Origin: Spirogloea muscicola
Taxonomy: Eukaryota
DNA: 54,874 nucleotides
Reading direction: 5' to 3'
Assembly (NCBI GenBank): GCA_009602725.1
Contig: WELB01000001.1
Location: 736,992 to 791,865 of the forward strand
In this document: positions 28,811 to 40,974 of the stretch, in pieces
Position numbering within the stretch: the stretch's first letter is position 1
Layout: the number at the start of each line of letters is the position of its first letter
The notes under the pieces: model-generated
What the model saw: only the letters and a program-made list of their open reading frames with translations
What the model was told of the DNA's origin: nothing
The model's database searches: none
Program-made: the position numbers and the translations under genes

Positions 28811-31800
28811 AAAAAACGACAACGACGACGAGAAGGCAACCCCAGGCGTCAGTGGTGTGTTCACGAGCGCCGGCCCATGGTGGCAATAGAGCGATTCAAG
28901 TAAGCTCTCATTTGGCTGCCGACATTACTTCGACAGCGAGGCACACCTGCCGTATGTGGCGCCAAGCTGTGAGCCCCGACAGTCTCAAAAGCGGGCGTTG
29001 TGCGCCTCCGCCCATTCCCGACCTCAGCGCCGCCGCCAGTCAGAAGCCTCGGCAAAGGCCCCGCCATGTGCACCACATGAGGGCTCCCACAGGGCTCCCA
29101 ATCCGCCTCAAGGGCGCAAGTCAATTGGAAGAGAAGGCTCCTCCAACGAGGAGTGGTGGTTGCAAGAAATCTGCCCAAACAGGTACCCGAGGTTTGGGAT
29201 CCAAGCCCTAATACAGGGGTCAATGAAGGAGGCCGCCGTCTCCTGCACCTCCTGAAGCTGGGTCCCTCAACTCGGCGATTGCAACTGGAAATTTGCCTTG
29301 TATTGCATGATGCCGTCCCCTTCTAATGTATAAATCTTCAACGCCACATCTGCGCACAACGTACTTGGTACAAGCGATGACAACTCACTGAAGTCTTGTG
29401 CTATGCCCCATGCTCAATGAATTCACTGGCTTGAAGTCAGGCATCCACGCAATTGGGACGGCTCAGTATAGCATTACGGTCAAGCTTACTAGCTTCATCT
29501 TCTTCACCTCTGAAAAAGGTTCATGCTTCTATGATACATGTGTTGCTTCGCTCAAGCCCTAAAAGTACAGATTTACATCGTGCTCGTGCTTCTTATTGGC
29601 ATCGCTTGGTTGTCTTCATAACCTCGATGTTGCTATCAGCAACCTTCCACCTCACTAGCTGTCAGACTCGGGTGGCGGTAGAATCTCCATGTACAACGAA
29701 AGGATATAAACGGTGTCCTCATGCTTTGCATGTGGTCGTGCTGTGTCGAACATTGACAGATGTTGGACATTGAAGCCTTAACAACTGCTACGATTGTAAG
29801 GCATGGGCTGGTCTACCAGATTGAGCGAGCGACTCAAAGTGAATGAATGTTGATCAAAAGCTTGTGCGATAGTCATAAAAAGGAGAGTCAAGGAAGAAGT
29901 GATGCATACTGACGCCGTGCGAAGCTTCTACAAGCACTTACAAGCCGGTGTAGCTCAGGCTCTGTCAACATATGATGACAAGCTTTGAGCCTGCACAACG
30001 GAACAGGAGGAGCAGCGGCGTGGAAGATCCAGGCGCAGTTCTGTAATCGTTGCTGCTCGGTACGCGAAGGATGCATAGTGCATATGAGAATGCTCGCTCG
30101 AAGTGATAGGCGACTTAAGGCTAAACAAGGCGTGTACCCTGTGGTGAGCTTCACCGAGCGCATGGAGCCTGCAGCCGGAGCTGCAAGGCCCGGGCCTGCC
30201 TACGCAGCTAGGAAAGTTGGCCAAACGCCGGCTTGGCCACATGCTCGAGACGATCGCATCGCCTGCCCAGCCGGCGGCCGCATCCGTCCAGCAACCCGTA
30301 CCGCGTTTGTGGCCTGCAAGCGGCCTTCTCCACGGCAGGCCGGCCTCGGCCACGAGGTCGCCTCGTGGGTCTATCGGTGTTTGCCGCCCCATATGGCGGC
30401 ACAAGGCGGGCCCGCGGGCGCCCCCTGACTCTCACAACCGAACATGCGGTGTGCAGGCCGCCTGGAGTCCCGGGCGGCGAGGCGAGGTGGGGCTGAACAG
30501 GGGCCGGTGGCAGCGGCCACACCAGGAGAACGGTGGCGGCGGCCCCACCAGGAGACAGAAGAATCGGGAAATTCGAGCGTCAGACAATGGCCAGAAGGGC
30601 CGCCTGCAAGGTGAGAGCACCGACGGCCGGTCGGCGCCGGGGCCAGCGGGGTGGGAAAAGGGAGTATTTCCCAGGAATCCAATGGCTGCTGATGTCAGAA
30701 GAAGAGCGGCAGTGAAAGCCAGCCAGAGAGAGGCAGCTCTTCCTTCCGACGAGGGGGCAAGGCCAGGCCAAGGAGAGTGGACAAAAAGGAAGGGCGGAGG
30801 ACGCGGCGCCTCGCCGCCGCTGGCGGAGGAGCGGCGCCGCGGCCCTTTTCCTGCGGCCAGGAGGAGCGGCGGCGGGTCGGCAGTCGCGGCGACGGCGCTC
30901 GCTGAGACGGCCGCCCGCCTCCCCGGAGCCGCCGTCACGCGGGCGTGCCGCCCGGCGTCACGTGACGGGATCCAGCCACCGCCACCCTGACCGGGCACGT
31001 GCGGCCGTCTCCGGGCCCGGCGGGGCCAAGATCGAGCCGGCGCTTGCCGACAACCTGCCGGCGACCCAAGACTTTTCGACAACTGCGTACAAACTCAGTA
31101 CAAAATCAGTACCATGACAGCTCGTTCTGGAGGTAAAGAACCACTGGCTGTCAATGTGAGGCCTGTCGGGTTTAGGGCCCAACCAGGGCCCGCCGGAGGC
31201 GGAGCCCCGCACGGCGCGAGGAGGGCAATATCACATGGGCGGCGGAGCTGGCGCCAGGCCACGCAGGCCGCCCTGAGGGGGTCGCGGCCGGCTTGCCCGC
31301 CCAGCCGGGCGGCAGGGGAGCGTGCCCGGCCCTGCGGTTCCTCCCCCCCCCCCCCCTACCCACTCGAGTAGCAGCCTCCCAGCCTTGCAACCCCGCCGCA
31401 GTCCTACATGGCGCCGGCACATAACGCAGTCCCGCCGGCCGCTGTGATTGCGCCCACTTGCTCGGCGCGTGTCCGGTTCTCATCCCATTCGCCGCTTGGA
31501 TCCCGTGGGTCACCTGCTTCAGGTGGTTGGTCCACTCTCATTCACCGGCTCTTCACAGCCCCTTGTTCACAGTAACAGCACGTATCTAACCTGGCTGCGG
31601 GATCTGATGGCGCCACATATTGTAGCGATGACGTGCTCTCAAACGGCTGGGGGCGACTTGAGCTAGTAGTTTGTTACTCGTTTATACCTGCAAGGAGAAA
31701 GGGTGACCGCACACTTAACCTCAAGAGGCACCAACATTGATTCAGTCGCCTTGGTGACTTGGTTTCTGCCAGGACGACTACCTTCTCCGACTTAATTGAG

Positions 31801-33909
31801 CAACTGTTGCTTATGAGCATTAGGTTGTTCCAAGTTGTCAATCCTTATCGTGGCCCACAACCCCTTATATTTTCACTTTCAGGCTGGCCACTTCACAGCC
31901 ACAGCCCCCATGGTGGTGCACGCTTCTTCTCAGGTGGTGTGCGATCTACAACGCCTGACAATAACTCAATTGAGGCAACTCAAGCATGTGTAGCTCATGG
32001 TTGCTGACGGACATGTGCTAGTTCCGCAAAAGAGCCAGCCACTCGGGCCACTTTCAGTGGGCGTCCTTCCTGGCTAGCACAACATGCCCAGCTCCTGTCT
32101 ACCATCTTCTCGATGGCTCCCCACAGCCCTTGCCTTCGATCGCAGCCCAGCTACTTTTCTTCCATGTGATATTACTGTTTCACATTTCTACGGAATGTCA
32201 TACTAGCAGCTGCAGTGAAGAGCACACTGGTAGCCAACTCCTAGGTCTGCTGGCAGGCAATATTGGCACAAGCCGGAAGACATTACGTCCAGCAGAAAGC
32301 AATCAAGAAACGTCCACTTGAGTCGTTATTGCTGGCCTGTGGGTGTCAGATTTCAATCTCCCGTTCCTCGCATAAGCAGAAAATGATCAAGCAGGTAGAT
32401 TCCACAATATGCGGCCTATTCCTCCGGCTCAGAGCAAGACCATACGTGCAAGAGGTCAGTAAGACGACTACTTGGAGCGCAATGAGCTGCCGACCGCATG
32501 AACAGGACAGCCTTTTTGTAGCGAAAGGCCTGCTCTGCTGAAGATTCTTTGCAGAACACAGCACATTGTGGGCCTGCACATGGTCCGCGGCTTATGCTAA
32601 GAGCCAAGCTAGAGCCCTCACGCCGCCTGCCAAAGTGAAGGTTTCAGCTGCATGTTTCAGTGTCCTTGGCCAGCTGTCCATCTTGTGGAAGCCCCAAGTG
32701 TTGCTGATTGCAGCTGACGAGTCCGAGCCACCTGGCAAGGCCGCAGCGCGCCTCCTCCCCGGCCGCAAACTCCACCGAGCCTAATGGCCGTCGCCGGGGA
32801 GCAACCCCCCCGGCGGCAGGACGACGGCATGCTGGCGCAAGCGGCCGCGGTGCACGCGGGTGGCCTGGCGCCGGGACCCTGGCGGGCGGGGAGGCGCCGG
32901 GGGCCGGGGGGCCGCGCCTGCAGCGGCCCCTTTTCATTCCTTACATTCACTTTGGCTGGCCTCTCACAGCCATTGCCTTATTTTGGAAGAGCCGTTGCTT
33001 CGGGCCTGCTAGCAGTGGGGCACGCGCCCGGGAGGGCCCTCCTAGAAGAAGAACGCGCGGTGCGCATGAATGGAAGGGAGGCCAGATTCGAGCGAGTACA
33101 TTCTTCAGGCAAAACCTAGTGCACAAATAGGGCCACACTGAACCAAGCCCAAGCGAAGCGGTGGGTGAGGGAGCTGGGGTTTCGCCGCCGCCCGGGCCCA
33201 CGAGGGGTGAGCGAGCCCGGCGGGGGGCCGGGCGGGGGCCGGCCTCTGGGGCCAGCGGGGCGCGGCGGGGGCGCGGCCAATTGGCGCGACGTTTCAGATC
33301 CGCGGCGGGAGGCGGCGGTGGTGGCTGGCGGCGCGCCACCTGGGCGCCACCGTGTCGCGCGGGCGGGCCGCGGCATTGGGCCGACTGGGGAGGTGCCGTC
33401 ACGGCTACCACGGGGAGCACGTTCCGCCGGCCACGCATGGGCCGTTACTCCCCCCCCGCTTTGCGGCTGCATGACCCCCACTTTGCCCCCAGCTGGCCCG
33501 CTCGGCCCTGGATGGACGCGACATCGCTCCAGCTTCATCGCCGTGTTGTACGAGGTTGGCGCGGCGGGCCAAGCACGTGGGACCGGGACGTGGGCTCGAA
33601 CCCCACCCCCCTCCCCTGCGGCTGGCAATCCCTCCGCGGCCGCCGGCCCCGGGGGGCTGATCTCGGCGCTGGCTGGCCGCGGNNNNNNNNNNNNNNNNNN
33701 NNNNNNNNNNNNNNNNNNNNNNNNNNTCCCACCATCACTCCTCCCACGCCACTCGGCCCCGCCGCCCGCGCTGCCGCTGCAGGCGCCCCCCCACGACTCG
33801 CGAGACGGGCGCGCTCTCGCTCACACAGCCCACCTGCTCTCCCCTTCGCCCCCGCTCCTCCCCACTCCCGCCGCAGCCCCTCCTCCACGGCCGCTGCGTT
33901 GCCCACTCA

Positions 33910-33941
<32 letters not shown>

Positions 33942-33949
33942 GCCCTGCC

Positions 33950-35064
33950 ATGGGGCCTCGCACGCGGAACGAGGGCGCCGAGGCGCGGCTGCTGGAGCGC
34001 GAGCGCGGGTGCCAGCAGCAGCCGGGCCTCGCCAAGCCCCAGCACAGGTGCGGGGCAGCCGAGCAGGACCCTCGCCGCGTCATGGACTTCCCGGCCTCCC
34101 CGCCCGAGTCCCCTGAAGACTCCCTGCACGACCTGCATGGGTCGCCCAGCCCTCTCGGCGGCGCGCGGACCCCAATCGGCCGGCAAGACGAGGACGGCTT
34201 CGTCGCCAACTACCCATATCCCAGCCCGTTCTACTGCACCTCCTCGTTGCCAGCCAGCCCCCTGAAGGTGGAGCGCAAGCTCGAGTCCCGCAGGCGGCGA
34301 TCGATAGACCTTGGCTGCAAGCCCACAGGAGGATGCAGCCCAGTCCCGTGGTCACAAGAGGCCGAGCGGCCCCGCCGGCATTCGATGAGCGCGTCCTCTC
34401 GCAGCTCTGCCGACCATGAGCGCGACAGCCTGAGGCGCACTTCCTTCTCTTCGGCCTCGCCCTCCTCCTCAAGGACCTCGGCCGAGTACAGCCGGGATTG
34501 TGAGGCAGCCTCTCCTTCGAGGCTATCGGGCGAATTCGACAGGCCAGGGGCTGCTAGTCCCCTTCAGTCACCCCACCGGAGCTCGAGCAGGCAACTCCGG
34601 AAATTCCTGCCCGCCTCACCCAGCCACGCCCGCTGCGGGTCGGCGGAGTCCGAAGCTGGGGAGCCCCAAGGCGTCTGGTCGGATCGCTGCAAGCGCACCC
34701 CGACTGAAGACGTCGAGTATGGCATGGCTCCAGTGCAGGCGCTGCGGCACGCACACCTTTCACACCGGTGAGCATCCTTTCCAGGGACTTTGTGATATGC
34801 CGCATAGTGCATCTGCACTGCATTTGAAAATTTGGGCATCTCAGCAGCTCAACTGCGTGACGCAATGCATCGAAGGATTGGCGGTAACATTGAGCTGGGC
34901 TGATTGCATTTCCCATTTTTTGCTATTGCAGACGCCTGTACCAACCAGTTGTTGTTCGAACAAGCACAGCGAGTACTGGCCGCATTGGTAACGAGGCCAA
35001 CTGTTACTGCAGCAGCCAAGCCACGGGCCTCAGAGAGGGCCCTGCCTGGGTCGCTCTTCAATGA
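33950..35064 (+). CDS. Hypothetical Ser/Pro-rich, probably disordered protein; 2 exons (33950-34767, 34932-35064)
   Basis: ATG follows a (GCC)n tract, as in the other genes here. There is a long open frame, a GTGAGC donor and a TTGCAG acceptor. No family recognised, and the reading frame of exon 2 is ambiguous. Confidence 0.55.
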
Positions 35065-36089
35065 GCCGTTAGTCAACCTGGCGAGATTGGCACTCAAAAC
35101 TGCGAACAAAAAAGTCTCGATACATTCCCCCAAAATCAAGCCACAAGTTTCCTGCTTTGGATTGCCCAGAGAACAGCGCAACGCAGCATCTTGTGTGCAC
35201 TTTCCTGCAGATTGACAAGCCAAAATTGGCGAATGCAATCATTTCTGTTTTACATTTAGCAGCTCTGAGCACTGAGCACGTCATATGCACGCCGCATCCA
35301 ATCTCAGTGGCCATGACGTGCTCAGTCCTCTGATTGACAACTTGGAATCCCCTTCGCGCCACTCTTGAGCCCCTCAAAGTCGGGGTTCTGGCGATCAGCT
35401 CCGGCTGCTGTGCCTGATGATGCGCACTGAACAAATTTGTACAAATACTTTCAATTCAAGTGAAAAGCAACCAATGGCATCACTGCCCAGTTCATTTGCA
35501 ACTTGCAATCATGTGGCTATTGCCTTCCTCTTGAACTCAAGCCTTGATGTATCTTACAGTGCATTGCCCCTTGACAAACTCTGGCTAGCTAGAAGCAGCC
35601 AAGGCCTTTTGGCTGATCCTTGTTGCTGCATCAACATTTAGTCGCACCCCGGACCTAGTAAACCATGTGCACATGATGTGGCAAACATTCGAACCCTATC
35701 GATACATTGCCAAAGGCAGCGGGCTGCTTCCAACATAGCCAATTTGGGATCTGCAAGCCGCCTGTGTAGCTAGTGGAGATGCCCACAAATACCTCTATGC
35801 TGTTTTGCATGAGCAAAGGATGACAGCAGAGGCTTGTGACTTGCTCCATCACAGACTGTACCCTTTCAGTAATTGAACATGGTAAGATGCACCTGCAGGA
35901 CAGTGATGCTCGAGATGCGAGCCAATGGGGTTCCTGGCGCCTCGACAAACTGAATTGCTGGCCAGCACTAGCGTAGGCCTATAGCACATGTGCCAGCCAG
36001 CTCTTACAGGGTTGCCTTCGAATACATTGAGCCACAAAATGAACCGTGTCAAAGGGCACACAGCGCCGCCGGCCTCAGTGGCCTGGCGT

Positions 36090-37154
36090 TCAGAAAGACA
36101 TGAGGTACCTGGGCATCTTAATCCGCAAGAACAGCATGCTCATGGAGTAGGAGATGACGACCATTAGGGCTCCTGCAATGGCGAATGTCAGGCGGATGTT
36201 CCTGCACGAAGCAGGGGGAGAAGGCACCACCCCAAGCGAGGTGTCAGGCTGGCATCAGTGGCAACAGGGCAAAGGGGACGCTCCTGAGCTAAAGCGAGAG
36301 CGAGGGAGTTGCTGTCAGCGGCTTGGCACCCTCCCTGGCACTCGCACCCGAGGGTGGGGCGTATGTACGACACCGTAACTGCGACCAAATTCCTACTTAG
36401 CTCCGGCTCAGAAAATCACAGTGGGAAATCTGGGGCTGAGGTGACTGGGCGGACTCAAGGGAATAGCGAAGCAATGGCGGTGCGAGGGGAAGAATGTGGC
36501 TGCTGATAAGCAAAACGTGCGACTGCAGAAGCCAGCCAGGCATGGGGGGGGAGCGCCAGGGAGAGAGGAGTAGAGTATCACTTCTCGCGGCTTCGGTCGA
36601 CGGCCCAGTCGAGGAGGATGAAGCCGGCGCCGCCGAGCACGAACATGAAGCCCGCGGAGAGGCCCTCGATGATGTACTGCGCGTTCACGCGGCCCGCCAG
36701 GAAGACCTACGCCGCCACGAGGCCGTCACCACGGCGGGTGTCAGCTGCAGGCTGGCCGGCACCCAGCCGCCGCGCGGGCGGCGGCGACGGGCGACCTCAA
36801 GGCGGAGGCCTTCGGAAGCTGGAAGCGGACTCGCGCCTTCATTGCCGTCCTCGCCGCCGCCATTTCCGCCGCCGCCGTCGCCGCCGCCACTGCCGCCGCT
36901 GGTCGGGAGGAGAGCCGGAGGTTGTGGGCGGGCGGCGTCTCGGGGGCCCCACCTGCGGCACCCAGGCGCCGGTGGCGGGGTCCTTGCGGCTGCCGATGCC
37001 CGGCGGCTCCGCGATCACGTCGTACACGAAGCCCGAGACGACGAGGAAGTAGCTGCCGAGGAGCGCCGCCAGCACGGCGCCCGGCGGCACCGCCGGCACC
37101 AGCGCCGCCGGCGACGGCGCCCGCNGGCGCCGGGGGGCCCGCCGTGGGCGCCAT
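36090..37154 (-). CDS. OSTC: Oligosaccharyltransferase complex subunit OSTC/DC2
   Basis: Exons 37154-36953, 36706-36582 and 36201-36090 give '[29 protein letters not shown]...[33 protein letters not shown]...[14 protein letters not shown]'. An N at 37125 disturbs the 5' frame. Confidence 0.93.
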
Positions 37155-37381
37155 GGCTGGCCCGGCAGCCCGGGGGGCGGAGTGGGGGGTTGGGTTTCGA
37201 AGCTTGCGGAACAAAATCTTATTGTAGCCGCTGGTTGACAAAAATTGGTTCTGAAATCCTGAACAGAGTCATGCCCCCCACATACATGCACCCGGCTGGC
37301 CTTTACAGCCGCCGCTCCTGATCATTTCATGCAGTAGATAATAGAAGCCGCATTCTTCTGCTTCGTCGGAGGCGCAGGAGA

Positions 37382-38435
37382 GTGTATTAAGAGATGGAGG
37401 GCCATGTGTGGCCAAGTACAAAGGTAAGCACATTGACAAATGTCTGTCACTCTGCTGCTAAGCTGACCCGCTCAGTAACCACGAGTAAGCACATAGAGGT
37501 CACTAACTGATGCCCGAATACCGGACGGCACTCGACAACCTCTGGAGCTACCAGCTAAGGCTCGACCAGCTTTTTGATGCAATGCATGAGCCTGAGCTCG
37601 CTGCAGACAAACTGATACTCGACGTCGCAAGAACGACAAGAAGGCTGCCGGCATGCCCAGCTGAGCTGGAAGCATATCCTCACGACGTGCATATCCCAAG
37701 CTTGCTATCTTCTCCAGCAAGGTGTGAAAGCGAGGGCCCATGCAGCCGAATGTGTCGATGGCCGCCGGTAGGAGATGATCGCTGCGGGGGTAGTCAGAGT
37801 AGTGTCGGAGCTTTCTCTGCTCAGCACCTCCCACCGCGTGGCCAGAAATATGTGTCGAAGCGGAACTCTTGTATGCCTCTGTCACCACCACGTCAACCAA
37901 GGCTCGTGGGCCTCCGCCAGGTTGTACACCCACAATGTCCAGGGTGCGACGGTGATGACGTCCCTGCGAATCCGTGGTGATGGGCATTACATTGCTCACT
38001 TCCACGATGGCGCGGTAGCCGGCGTCGCGCATCAAGCCTGCCAGGGCGTCCCGTAGGAGATTGTGGACGCCAACCACCTCAGGGCCTGTGGGACACCGCA
38101 GCATGTGGGTGGCAAGGTCTCCACCCTCCGCACGAAAGCCGCACTCACACTGTGTCACTCCAATTAGGCAGGTCGGGGGCAGGCCCAGGAACAGCTGGAG
38201 AAGCGTCCGGAATGCTTCAGGGCTGATTCTGAAGGCGTTGTGAATTCCGTGTGTGGTGAGCCAATCCGTTGCCCCAGGCGTTGCCAGCGATGTGAGACGT
38301 GCCAGACTCCTTGGATTGGTGTTGATATCCGGCATCGTCCTCAACGACTTGCGGCGCTCGTCCTCAACTGCAGCAACGAGCCTGGCCTGTGCCGCTTTGT
38401 CTGGTGCTTGGTGCTTGGGGGAGGGGACGGTGTGT
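37382..38435 (-). mobile_element. 5'-truncated CRE-like non-LTR retrotransposon (family A) with intact CCHC knuckle and restriction-like endonuclease ORF end
   Basis: ORF 37472-38344: 'ARLTSLATPGATDWL', 'CECG...THMLRC' (CCHC), 'HNLLRD', 'RRTLDIV...ALVDVVV', 'AEQRKLRHY', 'PAAIDTFGCMG', 'RVSVCLQRAQA'. This is the typical C-terminus of CRE-clade RLE elements. The RT domain is absent. Confidence 0.88.
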
Positions 38436-38992
38436 AACTCGAGTTCGCATTGGGGTCACGGTCGGGTAATCGGTGAATCAGCGGACACAAACAGGTAGCT
38501 GCGGACACAACCAGGTAGCTACTAGCTACCTTTCAGTCGCAACAGCCCTCATATTCATTACTGCGTTCTGCCGGTCATGGCACATCTAGCACATCCAGCA
38601 CACCTGCCTCGTGCTTCCCCCTTGCTTCTGTTCTCACACCACCAGCCCCTTTTCTTCAGTCCGTCAGGCGGCGGGCGCAGAGGACCGCAAATACGCGGAC
38701 CACCCCGTAGGCGACGAGTTTGTCCCACTCGCCGTCGACGTGCCCGGGGCCTTTGGGTCCAAATGGCTCGACCTTCTCCACCGCCTTGCTCGCCGTGCGG
38801 TGGCCCGCCGCCACGGGCAGCACGGCGAGCAGCCTGGCTTCAACGTCGCCGGGTCCCTCGCACAGGTGTTCAGGATGCGCCTCGCCGTTTCCCTCCAGCG
38901 GTCTCTTGCGTTTGCCGTCCACCTACGTGCAGGCCTCGCCCTGGCGGTTGCCTCCGGGTTTCGTCAGGGCGACGTCTTCCCGCCCTCTAGCT

Positions 38993-40498
38993 TGTCGTGC
39001 CACAGGGCGTCGACTGCCAGATAGCGTCGAGAAGTCAGTATAGGCCGGAAGCAGGCAACAAATCAGTGTGGAATTGTGGACACTCAATGAAATGAGGCAG
39101 AAAGAAGGTCTACTAGGACTTCAGAAGCTAATTTGATAGCGAAAGAAAACAACACAACAGAAAATAACAGAATAGGAGTAATTAACAGATGACGTGGTTG
39201 GCAATTGAGAACTTGGAATGGAAATGTACAATTCACCTAGTAAACAGGATCAGATGGACAAGTCACAAGCAAAGTGTACGAACAAGTAACCAGAACGAGT
39301 GACAAGTACCCTCAAAGAGAGTTTCAAAAGTAACAGTAACTCGAACCAGGGGAGTGGCCCCTAAGTAACAGTAACTCGAACCAGGGGAGTGGCCCCTAAG
39401 TAACAGTAACTCGAACAAGGGGAGTGGCCCCAGTAACAGCGAACTCGAACCAAGGGGAGTGGCCCCAGTAACGGCGAACTCGAACCAAGGGGAGTGGCCC
39501 CAGTAACTGGGGACTTCGAGTAACAATGACAAGATTGGAATGAAATAAGCTCGCAAAGCAGTGAATGCAATGGAGCACAGTGAGAGCCGCTCGCGAGTAT
39601 TCGCAAGGCTCTCTTAAGGCCCAAGGTTAGGCTTGGGCGGTTCACACAAGGTCGCGATGTTCGCGGCTTACCCAGTGCGTGTCCGGTCTGTCGCGACCGG
39701 ATGCGGGGCTCGTCGGGGTGCGGCTCTCTGTAGGTCTGCTTTATGCCGGTGCCCACGCTTTGTTGGCGTGGCCCTGAACGCGTGTTGTACACTCACTGGG
39801 CAGCAGCAGCAGCAGCGGCGGCGACAGCGAGGGGCCCACGCCTTCTTGGCGTGGCCCTGGACGCGCGCGCTACGCTTACTGGGCAGCGGCGGCAGCGGCG
39901 GCAGCGATGGCGGCCAAGGTTGGCAGCAGCCAAAGGGAGAGACTAGTCCGAGCGAATCGCTCGGACCTTGGCCCTCCACACCCTTTATGCTTGGTCAGAT
40001 AAAGAATGACATTGTTTGTTGGGGTGGGCCCATTTGGGTTTCCCAGCCTCAAGGCTAGTGTAGCCTGAGACTCGCTTCTACCACTACCTACCATTACCCT
40101 ACCACTGCCTAGCCGGGTCCTCACGGCTCATCGAGGCATATTATGCTTTCGACATGCTTTCGTGAGTTCGCTCAGCCTAATTACATGAGGCTTTGTGTGG
40201 TGCTGGTGGCAAGAAGGCAATGCGCTGCGCGCCGAGGCACTGATTGACCATGGTTGCAGGGGGAGCCTACGCACCGTTGATGAGCGAGACGATGGCGCCA
40301 GATCCGGATGATGCTCCGGCGCCGACCCAAGTTGATACGCATCTTTGCTGACCGAAGCGGGTTGGAGATGCCGCGCTCGCGACTCACCTTCACACTAAAA
40401 TGAGAAATGACTCACCCTCGAACATCCACGTGAGCAGCCACCTCCGCATCCTGGTCACCACCGACACTAATGAGCCACCGACGGGATATCGCACGACA
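38993..40498. mobile_element. Solo LTR (~1.5 kb) of an LTR retrotransposon
   Basis: Ends TGTCGTGC...GCACGACA form an 8-bp inverted repeat (TG..CA), flanked by the 4-bp duplication AGCT (38989-38992, 40499-40502). No coding capacity seen. Confidence 0.85.
39330..39508 (+). repeat. Minisatellite, 5 x 33-35 bp (GTAACAGTAACTCGAACCAGGGGAGTGGCCCC)
   Basis: Directly visible head-to-tail units inside the solo LTR. Confidence 0.95.
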
Positions 40499-40974
40499 AG
40501 CTATTCTGACCTGCACTTGCTGACTAGAGGTTACTGAGAGCCCCCTTGTCGTCTTAGCACTTCGTCCCATGCTTTCTGCGCCATTCGGCTCCTCTTGACC
40601 TTGTCCTTTCCTTTTGGGCTGGCTTCTCCCAGCCACCAGTCAATTCGGCCGCCCTTTTCTTCTTTTTCTTTGGGCCTTGTCGACTCTTTCCGGTGTTTAG
40701 GTCTAGGATTATGGGGTTCAAAGATTCTTCTTGCCTCTTTTGGCTGTGTGCTTTAGCGCTTTCTGGCCCCTTCGGACTTTGTTCGTTCTTTTTTGGGCTG
40801 GCCAATCAAAGCCATCGCCTTCACTGGAAGAGTGTCAGAGCATTCTTGTACATTTTTTTGGGCTGGCATCTCGCAGCCATTGCCGTAATTCGGAAGAGCC
40901 AAAGAGCTGCTTGTTCAAGGGCATCCACTCCGACTGTGCCTGGCTGGTCGACAGATGATGCGTAAAGAAAGGAC

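Larger units (their letters stand above)
38660..40915 (+). mobile_element. CRE-like family C 3' fragment interrupted by a solo LTR (element parts ~38660-38992 and 40499-40915)
   Basis: 'RKYADHPVGDEFVPLAVDVPGAFG...FRMRLAVSLQRSLA...FPPSS' resumes as 'YSDLHLLTRGY*' after 40502, followed by the hairpin-bearing 3' UTR. Confidence 0.88.

Noticed and set aside
28850..29260. Possible L1-type zinc-finger relic or exon
   Set aside because: Only vague residue resemblance, with no motif I can align with confidence.
30217..31082. 200-260 aa ORFs in GC islands (also 27000-27700, 33161-33900, 53848-54744)
   Set aside because: Arg/Pro/Gly/Ala-rich overlapping ORFs on both strands are expected from GC content alone, and several run through repeat units.
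33550..33620. Functional tRNA gene
   Set aside because: No acceptor stem pairing and no complete anticodon arm. Kept only as a tRNA-like relic.
37120..37154. Frameshift or pseudogenisation of OSTC
   Set aside because: The frame break coincides with an ambiguous N in a GC-rich tract, most likely an assembly gap.
39330..39508. CRISPR-like 35-bp palindromic repeats
   Set aside because: Units are contiguous with no unique spacers, so this is a minisatellite inside an LTR.
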